From: Babesia bigemina
Taxonomy: Eukaryota
Assembly (NCBI RefSeq): GCF_000981445.1
Contig: NC_027219.1
Coordinates: 806,001 to 870,000, forward strand
Length of the DNA stretch: 64,000 bases
Direction: 5' to 3'
This document shows, in pieces, positions 1-9,465 of the stretch. The notes under the pieces are model-generated. The model was not told the origin of the DNA. It ran no database searches and worked only from the letters and a program-made list of their open reading frames with translations. The first letter of the stretch is position 1. Each line of letters opens with the position of its first letter. Both the position numbers and the translations under genes were made by a program.

Positions 1-1
1 A

Positions 2-796
2 TCTTCGACTATTTCTCCCACACCGCCGAGTGATTCTCCCAAATCGCCCACCAGTTCTAGTGAACTTATCGCAAGGGTATTTAGTGAAGTTCTTACGAAG
101 CCTACACCTCTTATTCTTATTGTTACCGTGTTCATCTCTGAGTCGCTGATGTGCGCATTTTCGTATATGAGCATTTATCTGCAATACACGGGAGTATCTA
201 AGGTAATGTCGGGATTCGCAGTCTCAGTTACACTCATCGGCGCTGCTGTAGGTGCTGGATGTGGCGGTTTGGTTGTGAAAACCATTGGGGAATCGTACGA
301 GGATTACGGCATTCTTAGTTGTGGAACCGTTGTGATGGTCGTACGATATGTTGCGTGTTTGTTGTTCTTTTTAGGCCCGAAGCCAAACGGGCGTTTGCTT
401 TGGTATCATTATGCGGAGTTGGTAGCTCTTGGGACTACTCTTTTGACTATTGGCGCTGTAGACAGGACACTTGTAAAGAATTCGATAGAACCTGATCTTC
501 AAGCCACCGCATCCGCTACTATTCGAACCATAGCAGGCATTGGGAGTAGTGTAATTTTATACCAAGTTTCTGCGTATTTGTCTGAGAAAGTGTTCGGCTA
601 CGTTCCATCCAAAGCGTCTTTTGAAACCATGGATGCCGTTATTAAAGAAACGAATGCCAATGCATTACGGAAATCAATGATGTACATTATTGCAACAGGC
701 GCGACAATCAATCTTGTTTGCTACGCTGCGTTGTTTTTCACGTACCCGAGCGAAAAAGTTAAACCCAAAGAAGCGGAAAATAAACAAGCAACATAA
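2..796 (+). CDS. Major facilitator superfamily-like transporter, C-terminal half (5' partial)
   Basis: Frame is open from nt 2 to TAA at 794-796. It has about six hydrophobic Gly/Ala-rich helices (e.g. GFAVSVTLIGAAVGAGCGGLVV, ATASATIRTIAGIGSSVILY) typical of an MFS C-domain. Confidence 0.65.
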   Translation, partial: SSTISPTPPSDSPKSPTSSSELIARVFSEVLTKPTPLILIVTVFISESLMCAFSYMSIYLQYTGVSKVMSGFAVSVTLIGAAVGAGCGGLVVKTIGESYEDYGILSCGTVVMVVRYVACLLFFLGPKPNGRLLWYHYAELVALGTTLLTIGAVDRTLVKNSIEPDLQATASATIRTIAGIGSSVILYQVSAYLSEKVFGYVPSKASFETMDAVIKETNANALRKSMMYIIATGATINLVCYAALFFTYPSEKVKPKEAENKQAT

Positions 797-2680
797 GACG
801 GCCTTGGTATAATGGAAATTAGGCATTTTAATTATCGGACTTACGTGCGAGTAGACGATTTGCGATATCTCGCATATCGTTGCTGCTTCTAGATACAAGA
901 TGGATGTGTCGAGCGTATGTTTGACTACCACCTTGGCAGATTGCGCCCTCTTGTTTAAATGGTGGTGGAAAACATCTTAGTGTGACAAGAAAGTCACAGG
1001 AGGTGTTGCCTTGTTAAGGGGCGGCACAAAAGCATATTTGTAATAGGCTGAACGAAAAATGTAGGCAATTCTAAAAATGGATAGACTAACATTTAGGGCA
1101 AACAGAAAGATCTGTCATGTAACCAGCAAAACACGGGGATAATATCCTCCAATGTGTATGCCTTCAACAGCTGGCATCAACACCAAGGCGGAAGTAGACA
1201 ACGCTGCTGTGCATGAAGAAGCACTCAACTTGGCAGGCGGTGCAGAACGGCAATATTACGGACGTGTAACCGGAGTTCGTGGCCTGGCATTTGCTGAGCT
1301 CGTCGGTTACTATTCACGAGTCCGTCGCGTTCATAAGTCCCGTAATGGGCCGCCCATCTCTACATGCACACCTATCGCATACACTCAGCGAGGTGCTGAA
1401 GCAGAGCTTCTAATGGCGCTAGTTTGTTTACGCAAAGCGGTTATAGCATGGTGTGACGTTTGTTGGTCACGTGATGCACATTGATGGAAACGTTGCGAAG
1501 CTCGTCGAGGGCAGCTTGGTAGCGTCAGATGTGGCGGCTTGTAGACGAAACATCTCATATATCTAATGTAAATATAGTTGCATTCCTTCTACTCATCCTT
1601 AGCGAAACTAAGCTTCGCCGCATGTCCGGCATTTGTTGGTAAATGACTGGGTGTATTGTTTAGGGGTGCAACGTAATGTGTATATAACGTTTCCACAGTG
1701 TATAACGGTAGTGTTGTGGTCCATGTGTGCTCTATGGCGCGTATTGTCATTCAACGCGGTTTGCAAGCAATGCGTCTTCCGACATATGCAACCGTATACG
1801 ATACTTAAAATTGATGTACCTGTTCTTATGCATCTGTGACGCTCTACTGAGCGCATTTGATTAAAAACCAATTTGTGATAGACTGTGGTATATTTATACA
1901 GCAAAATGGCACGAGTGGCGCCGGCATCTGCACGGGCAGCTTCGACTGAAAATGAGCTTCCAACACTCATGTATACTGTCTGGAGACGAACACTGTATCA
2001 TCTCGTTTCTTTCGTGGAGGGCTACCACTGGAAGATGTTCATTTCCTGAAACAATGGTTTCACAACAACTTTGTGTTTTTCTCGGCATCAGTCAACTCTG
2101 ACAGATATAGGCGCTTGTTCCCGCATGCTGCTCAGTGTAGCTTGGGGGTTGCTAACAGACAAGTAAGATCCACAATATGTACTCGGTGTTGGTCTGCTCG
2201 TGACAGGGGTGACTTGTCATCTTTTAAGTTCCACGTAAGACAACGGTGAAATTGGTTGCAACTCACGTACTGTTGATGCACGTGCAAATTTGGATCCTGT
2301 ATCTATTAAACGGCTCTGCGTTCGGTTGCGTTTACCCTGTGCAGCAAAAAATTGTTGCGCTATCCAGGACATCCTCCGATGTGAATGGCGCCTTCATAGG
2401 TCTTCATGCGTTGAATCACATTGGATGCCCGTTATGCCGCACACTCGTCACGACAGCGTGACGCTGTATTTCCGCTATGCCGAAAATCGGCCCTATTAAC
2501 GCAATCACACGACATAATGATAAAGTCAGGCTAGAAGTGAACGTGTAATTACACGCAGTGTCTCAACACGTGTTGGGTTAAGCAACTCGAATAACAAGTT
2601 AATGACAAACATGCCCGCCGTTTTGTGATTCTGGTCCCGAGCGACTGTTGGGCATGTCACACCCCTCATGGGTATAACCC

Positions 2681-4504
2681 TCACAAAAACGATGTCATAT
2701 GTTCCACTATAACGTTAGCGAGCGCTCGTGCCTGTGCTTCGCTTGGCGCTTCGGAGTATATGCGGCAGAGGGCTTCCGTGCCTGACGGCCTGATGAAAGC
2801 GCGTGCGCCTTGCACCTTGGCGACAGCTTCGGTTACCAACCGCATCAGCTCAGCTGGCTCCTCTAAGACGGAGTCGTCGTCGGGTTTTGTACGGAATATG
2901 GAGCGTTTTTCCGAAGGAATTCGCGCGGACACATTGACGTATGGCAGCTCCTCGTAAAACTGCAACACATCCTCATAAGAAAGCTCCAGAGTTCGGAGGG
3001 CCAATTCTATGAACAATGAGTTTGCAATCGCATCTCCTATGGGATTGTTAAACATGGCAGACACGTTAATCATGAGCCTCCTGTACCCGCAGTCTCCGTT
3101 GTCACGGTGTAGTGGCGAATCCTTACTGAAAACAACGTTGCCATGACCATTGGCCTCATACAAAATCGTAATGTGATAGTTGGGCACCTTCGCCTGCATA
3201 TTTTTCATTCCCACTTTGCATAGCTGCATGCTCCAGTGCACTCGGGGGTCAGCTTCGTTCCACTCCGTCATTAGCTGCTTGATGAAGTTTAAAGCGGCAC
3301 CGTTTGCATAGTGATTTAGCAAGACTCCCACTTTTAGAACTTCGTCGCCTTCGCGGACCCAGTTAGACAATGCAAAATTCAGAAATTTCATCTTGATGAG
3401 GAGCAGTCGAACGCCGTCTATGAGGCGGATCGTTCCCTTGTGCGGGCTGAAGTACACTAATCGGTCCACATCTCCATCGAACGAGCAGAACCACTTGTCT
3501 TCGTAGACGGTTATGCGACTCTCTACGAGCGCTGGCGGGCGTTGCTCGCTCAGAACATAGTTAGCCCCGCATTCGTGGTTAAGCATGTGTTGCATTTGCT
3601 CCCCTAGCCAAATAGGGCTATGACAGAGGTGGGGAATGATTGCGATTTCCCTCAAGCACTCGAATAGCTTGTAGACGACATTACCCCCAACTCCATAAGA
3701 GCAGTCATAGAAAAGAGATTGGTGGGCGTCAGTTTTCAGAGATCTTTTGATGCAACCTAGAGCAACAAGGGAGTCCAGCGTAGCGTGGAAAGAGCGCCTC
3801 AATGCCTCCACATACATGTCATCATTCGAAGCCGAGAGTAGGGAGTTGTTGAGAAGGAACCCTACCGTGGGCGTCGTCACTGCTCCCAGCACCACGCATG
3901 TTATCCTTTCCAGCCTCATTACATCAGCCATGGCCTCGACGCCTGCCTTGAAGATTGCAGCGAGCTTTGGGCTCGATTCCCTGGTGTCGTGTCCTACGAG
4001 GATCGTGTATGGCACCCGGTTTCGTTGCACGCGTACGACACCATACTTCTTCAATACCCGTGCAACTGCATGAGATATCGGCCCCCTAAAGTTCACCAGT
4101 GCCGTGAATTCTTTCTCCCATGCAGTTTCAAGCATGTTTCCATCAGCCTCGAGCAGTTTGATTCCATTTTCTGTGGCGTGGTTGTGACTGGCAGTGATTA
4201 CAGCACCGGCAGATTGAACGCGATCAATCCCGGCTACCACGACACTACTGAGAGGTCCGGCGAGGGACAGCTTCACATTGTAGAGGCTTTTGGAGTTCCT
4301 CAGGAACGGCAGAGCTGCCAACAGGGCGCCGCACCGGTATACTACATGGTCGAGGTGATTCGGCGGTGTGTCAGCTACTCCCCTGTACCCGCTGGTACCA
4401 TAGTCCAGGTCGACATACCCCTCCGGTATGTCTGGTCCAGGTCTGATGCTGATGAAGTCCTCGGCTTCGGCCCCTGACGCGGGCAGACTTCCAACGTTTG
4501 GCAT
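2681..4504 (-). CDS. PGM3: Phosphoacetylglucosamine mutase (PGM3/AGM1)
   Basis: Intronless 607 aa with YGTSGYR, catalytic ITASHN, metal-binding FDGDVDR, sugar-binding YEANGHG and phosphate-binding RPSGTE motifs. Confidence 0.93.
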   Translation of the reverse strand: MPNVGSLPASGAEAEDFISIRPGPDIPEGYVDLDYGTSGYRGVADTPPNHLDHVVYRCGALLAALPFLRNSKSLYNVKLSLAGPLSSVVVAGIDRVQSAGAVITASHNHATENGIKLLEADGNMLETAWEKEFTALVNFRGPISHAVARVLKKYGVVRVQRNRVPYTILVGHDTRESSPKLAAIFKAGVEAMADVMRLERITCVVLGAVTTPTVGFLLNNSLLSASNDDMYVEALRRSFHATLDSLVALGCIKRSLKTDAHQSLFYDCSYGVGGNVVYKLFECLREIAIIPHLCHSPIWLGEQMQHMLNHECGANYVLSEQRPPALVESRITVYEDKWFCSFDGDVDRLVYFSPHKGTIRLIDGVRLLLIKMKFLNFALSNWVREGDEVLKVGVLLNHYANGAALNFIKQLMTEWNEADPRVHWSMQLCKVGMKNMQAKVPNYHITILYEANGHGNVVFSKDSPLHRDNGDCGYRRLMINVSAMFNNPIGDAIANSLFIELALRTLELSYEDVLQFYEELPYVNVSARIPSEKRSIFRTKPDDDSVLEEPAELMRLVTEAVAKVQGARAFIRPSGTEALCRIYSEAPSEAQARALANVIVEHMTSFL

Positions 4505-4771
4505 CTACGTGAGCGTACTCTACACACCTCCACAGAGTCCTGCCAACGAGCGCCGCAGGCAATAAACACGGCCGCCGCTACAACATTAGAGAACGTTCTG
4601 CTCATGCACTGGCGCTTTTAAGTGATGCCGCGTTTGTCTTGACGGTCTCCCCAGAAGGATCTGTTGCAGCGGAGCTGCGTCCCGCGCGACAGCAGCATCT
4701 TCTTCTAAAGCCGGACAGGCTTCATCAGTCAGTGTGTACATATAATTCTGTCGTATCCCGAGCCTGTGAAG

Positions 4772-5726
4772 ATGTACCGCAACCAGTACGACACGGACTG
4801 TATCACCTGGTCGCCTCAGGGGCGTCTGTTCCAGGTTGAATACGCAATGGAGGCGGTCAAGCAGGGCTCGTGCTGCGTTGGAATCAAGTCTGCAACGCAC
4901 ATCGTAGGTGTAGACTTCGAAAATCGAGATTCCGCAGGTGTTATGTGCCGTGAGGCGCAAGACGTCGAAGCACGCTGATTATCAAGACAAGATCTTTCGC
5001 ATTGCCGACTACATCGCCGTGGCCATGTCTGGCATCACGTCTGACGCCAAGATGATCGTGAACTTCATGCGCAACGAGTGCCTGAACAACCGCTACTTGT
5101 ACGGGTGCGACATCACCGCTAGTAAGCTGGTCTCCCTGGTTTCGCGAAGTGGGTGGTGACGCCGTTGGATTAGCTCATGACGCATCAGAGTCCCAAGCCA
5201 ACACGCAAGTTGCGTCCAAACGTCCTTTTGGAGTGGGTCTCCTCGTCGCGGGATACGACGAGAAGGTTGGCTTGCGCCTCTATGAGACGTGCCCGAGCGG
5301 CAACGTGGTGGAATACAACGTGAGTGGCCGTTCGTGAGGATTAACAGTTGCTTGCAGGCGGCTGCTTTCGGCGCCCGCTGTCAGAGCGCGAAAACATATC
5401 TGGAGCGCAAGATCGCTAATTTCGAGAGTTGCAACGTTGATTCGTTGCTCTACCACGCCGTGAAGGCGGTCAAGCTGACCATGCCCCACGACGTAGAGTG
5501 AGTTACCGCGCCAGCGATTTCATGTGTGATCAGGTTCACCTCTGATATGGTCACCGCCTGCGTTCTGGGCCAGGGCATGCCCTTCAAGCTGCTGACTGCT
5601 GAGGAGATCCAGCCGTATATCGAGAAGGTGGGCTCGCGCTCAGTATTTGACACAGCCGCCGTTTCCCTACCCATTATCACATTGTTTCAGGTCGTCGCGG
5701 GTGAGCCTCAGGATGTGACCATGTAG
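4772..5726 (+). CDS. PSMA1: Proteasome subunit alpha type-1 (alpha6), 6 exons
   Basis: Begins [25 protein letters not shown]; contains [20 protein letters not shown] and [16 protein letters not shown] introns at 4904-4937, 5149-5188, 5320-5357, 5498-5533 and 5628-5690 give one continuous frame. Confidence 0.95.
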
Positions 5727-5916
5727 ACCAATGCGGGTCTCGGAAGCGTGAGGCACGCACACAACAGAATTGCAGTAATATCTTCGATGTTGTTATGCGG
5801 TGTGTTCGTTGTTGGTCTTCTTTAGCACGTCTACCACGCTGTACTACACCATCATCCCCTGAACTGTTGGGCGTCGGCGCTGTCTTCTCGTCATTTAATT
5901 TTTCTTCCTCGCCACG

Positions 5917-7339
5917 ATGGGAATCCACAATTTGTTTCATTCGCCATTTCATTTTGAATTCTATCTCGGTGCGCTGGTGATCAATGAGTTTTTTGAGCAC
6001 TACCTCAACATCAGACAGCTCTGCGTGATCAACAAGGAGTTGCGCCTTGCACGCGATCCCAACCGAAAGGGCGAATCAGGCGACGACTCGGACGAAATCC
6101 GCAAAAAAGCGCAGCAGCACGTAGATGTGTACCTGCTTTCGGAAGATTACCACAAGACCGTTGAATATGCGCGTGACAAGTTGGTCTTCCAGATCATCAG
6201 TTCGGTTTTACAGACGGTTGTTTCATTGATACTTTTGTTTACGTTTTTTGGTCCTAAACTTTGGCGTTTTTCCGGCAGTCTGCTCAGCAAACCTTCAGAG
6301 ACCTACCAGGTGAGGGTGTTGCGCCGAGATTTTGACAATGTGTATTCAGTCCCTGATTTTCTGCGGCATCAAACTGCTTATCGACACTACTCTGGACATC
6401 CCATTCGGTCTATACGCCGACTTCGTGCTGGAGGAGAAGCACGGTTTCAACAAGAAGACGTTGCGGCTCTTCTTTAAGGATCTCGCCATATCGCTGGTCC
6501 TGCAGTGCGTGATCGGCGCGCCTGTGCTCAGCATCGTTATATTCCTGGTGCACTGGGGTGGCGATTTGTTCTACATTTACGTGAGTTTGTTATGCTGTGT
6601 CTTTAAACGTTGTTAGGTCTGCATCTTCGCGGCGATCTTCTACTTGTTCATGTTGATCATTTACCCCGACCTGATCGCACCGCTGTTCAACAAATTCGAG
6701 CCCCTGAATGATGACGAACTGAAGAAGGGTATTGAGGACCTTGCCGGGAAACTGAGGTTCCCGTTGCGTGAGATCAAGCTTATGGACGGGTCCAAGCGCT
6801 CCAACCACTCCAACATGTACTTCTACGGTATGTGGTGGTTCAAGAAGATCGTGATGTACGACACGCTCCTCAAGCAGCCGAAGTCGCAGATTATTGCCAT
6901 TACGTCCCACGAGATGGGCCACTGGAAGTACAACCACGTTACGAAGATGCTGGTATTCAGCCTCTCGCAACTGTTTGCCATTTTCTACCTGTTCAAGCTC
7001 TACAAGGACGACGCTTCCATGTTCCGCAGCTTCGGATATGACGGCGAGCGCGCCTTCATCGTGGGCATAACCCTCTTCGGCTGCGTTTACACCCCTCTGG
7101 GTGCGCTGATGCACATCATCGGCACGACCATCACGCGCTACGGGGAGTACCAGGCTGACAATTTCGCCGTCAAGATGGGCTACGGCGAGGAGCTGGCCAA
7201 GGCCCTGGTCGAAATTCACCACAACAACAAGTCCATGATCCACCACGACCCGCTTTACTCGTGGTACCACTTCACGCACCCGGTGTTGTTCGAGCGTGTC
7301 TACGCTATCTACAAGGCTATGGCGGATATGAAGCTTTGA
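5917..7339 (+). CDS. STE24: CAAX prenyl protease 1 (Ste24, peptidase M48), 3 exons
   Basis: Motifs FVLEEKHGFNK, PDLIAPLFNKFEPL, DGSKRSNHSN, HEMGH zinc site, EYQADNFA and HPVLFER. Introns at 6310-6349 and 6581-6616. Confidence 0.95.
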
Positions 7340-7347
7340 CTTAATAA

Positions 7348-8435
7348 ATGAGTTGCGTTCACTCACAGCTGTTGCAAAGGCTCAACTCCGCTGGCGTCGA
7401 TGGCGTGGCCGCGGCAATCCGTCGCTGCGTCCGTGAAGGTGCGTTGTCTATAGCGCGGTTTCCGCTCTCCAGCCGCAATGTGTTCCTGGAATCCACACAT
7501 ACGTCCCCTTTATAACAGTACACATACGTTAAAAGATATTCTATCCGTCCATTTTGGCGTTCATCTTTAGTTCAGGCTTGACGGGGAAGGAGGAGCTCGC
7601 ACATATTTCCGCGGCTGTTCTTCGGCACCTTCCCAATTTAAACGCCTCTGCCACTACCAGTGTGCTCGCCAGCCTTTCTAAGGCGCATTATCGCAACTTC
7701 CAACTTTTTTCGGCCATAGTGTCGCATCTCGACCATCTGCCGTCGCTCGGGCTCAAGGACGCTCGCTCGGTGATACGTTCCTTTTCGCGCGTCCACTTCA
7801 CCAACACAGCAGTGGTGTCGCGTTGCGCCGGCATAGTGAAAACCAACATCGAGCAACTACGGCCATTGGATGCTTGCGAGCTCCTGCATGCCCTCACCAG
7901 ATTGCGCCACTGCGACCAAGAGCTGCTGGAACTTTTGGTGTCTAGATCCGTTGCTGATATACCCAGTTTCGACGATGTGGCACTTGCCAACTTTGCGACA
8001 GCAGCCGCCAAAGCTGGCGTCGAAACTGCTACGGTGGCTGTGATTTGTCGGGAATTGCGTTCACGAGCCGGGAAGTTGGGACCCCTGGAGACAGTTAGGT
8101 CTTTACTGGCGCTGGCCCGGTTTGGCCCGCAATCTGACACCGTGCCTACTGCCAATACTGTTCTTAAGGGCCTGAACTGTTCGCGCCTTTCTCTAATACA
8201 GATGGTATTGGCGTTGGAAGCGGTGTCACAGCTCGGTTGTGAGGGTGCCGAACGGATACGCGCTGCCCTCGTGGCCAAACGTGATGCTTACCCGCGCGTG
8301 CCGCATGACGTAGGTTTTGATGTATGTGCTCATATCTTACGGCAGCTTGCAACTCGCATCGATTCGGCCCTAGCGTTACCGACCGGGGAGCGAGCTCCAG
8401 ACTCCCGCCCCGCAGGTTCAGAGGCCGATCTGTAA
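7348..8435 (+). CDS. Heptatricopeptide-repeat (HPR)-like helical repeat protein, probable organellar RNA-binding; 5' end uncertain
   Basis: ORF 7554-8435 has about six 36-37 aa helical repeats (e.g. IEQLRPLDACELLHALTRLRHCDQELLELL, IPSFDDVALANFATAAAKAG). A tentative 5' model (ATG 7348, introns 7439-7472 and 7518-7575) joins in frame. Confidence 0.6.
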
Positions 8436-8511
8436 TCAGTGCCAGCCCGAACGTGCCACATCAATGAAGATATATGCATTAACGTGTGCAATTATACTAT
8501 CATTAACAATA

Positions 8512-9456
8512 TTACCGGGATATTTCATTGTTGAAACGTTGGTAGAGTCTAGTGAAGCGGCCTCCTCGGAGGCGCCTCAGCGGCCATACAGGCTTGGTGT
8601 CGAATAGGTAGTAGAAGTAGATGTATGCGCCACCTATTGCCACTATATCCGCAAAGTAGAATTCTCGGTAGAGCAGGTAGTTCTGCAGCAAAAACATTAA
8701 AGGTACCGACTCCGCCGGTAACGTGAACAGGTCGAAGCAGTTCACCACTGACCCTTCGTTTAGACGGCTCCAGTAGTAGAGCACGTAGGTGTGCAAGTGG
8801 TAAGCCGCGCTTGACATTGTCGCCTCGTGCCGTCCCGCAATAGCTTCCGCGACCCCGTAGGATGAGAGTAGCGCCAATCCGAAGGCCATGAATTCAACAA
8901 ACTTCTCAGGTCTTGCGCAGTGTGATATCTCAACAGACGACATGTAGAGCACCACAGACTGCAGCATAAACATGTGTGCCAGCCACAGTGGCCCGAAGTT
9001 CAGAAACGGAGTTATGAGTCGCCAGAGCTCGCCACGTTTCACTCTTTGCAGGTCAAACTGCAGCGCGTCTAACATGTAGTTTTCGTTCAGCGCCCATGCG
9101 AGGAGCGCGGAAATACTCGACAAGGCCACATAGACGCCGGTGACTGGCGGTATGCGCTGAATAGCCTTGATGTACCTTGAAATCCACCAGTGTTCCCTGG
9201 AGTCAAGTAGTGAGCTCAAACTGGTTTCGTTCCGCTCCTCAGTGGGCACCATGGCAAAGCGTTGCTTTGTTGATCTTGTGGGTACCACAGCTACATCGTA
9301 TTTGGACCCGCTTTTCAGCATCCCTCGCGGCGTTTTGGCATTGGGGAAGACTTGCGACGTGCTCCATGATTGGCCAGCACAACTGCGTCCTACCGAGCGG
9401 GCGTGAGTGCGAGCACTCGCCGCCAGGAAGACGAAGAGCAGCTGCCAATATAACAT
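8512..9456 (-). CDS. Der1-like (derlin) protein with bipartite leader, probable apicoplast ERAD-derived (SELMA) Der1
   Basis: Derlin core IPPVTGVY...GELWRLITPFLNFG...LYYWSRLN. It is preceded by a signal peptide (MLYWQLLFVFLAASA) and a basic Ser/Thr-rich segment resembling a transit peptide. Confidence 0.8.
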   Translation of the reverse strand: MLYWQLLFVFLAASARTHARSVGRSCAGQSWSTSQVFPNAKTPRGMLKSGSKYDVAVVPTRSTKQRFAMVPTEERNETSLSSLLDSREHWWISRYIKAIQRIPPVTGVYVALSSISALLAWALNENYMLDALQFDLQRVKRGELWRLITPFLNFGPLWLAHMFMLQSVVLYMSSVEISHCARPEKFVEFMAFGLALLSSYGVAEAIAGRHEATMSSAAYHLHTYVLYYWSRLNEGSVVNCFDLFTLPAESVPLMFLLQNYLLYREFYFADIVAIGGAYIYFYYLFDTKPVWPLRRLRGGRFTRLYQRFNNEISR

Positions 9457-9465
9457 CCCAATTCC

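Noticed and set aside
1152..1484. 110-aa plus-strand ORF
   Set aside because: No motif or coding-like composition; probably spurious.
4766..5726. Apparent frameshifted or pseudogene fragments of proteasome alpha (also Ste24, PP5 and the SIAP1-like gene)
   Set aside because: All the breaks are explained by canonical short GT-AG introns.
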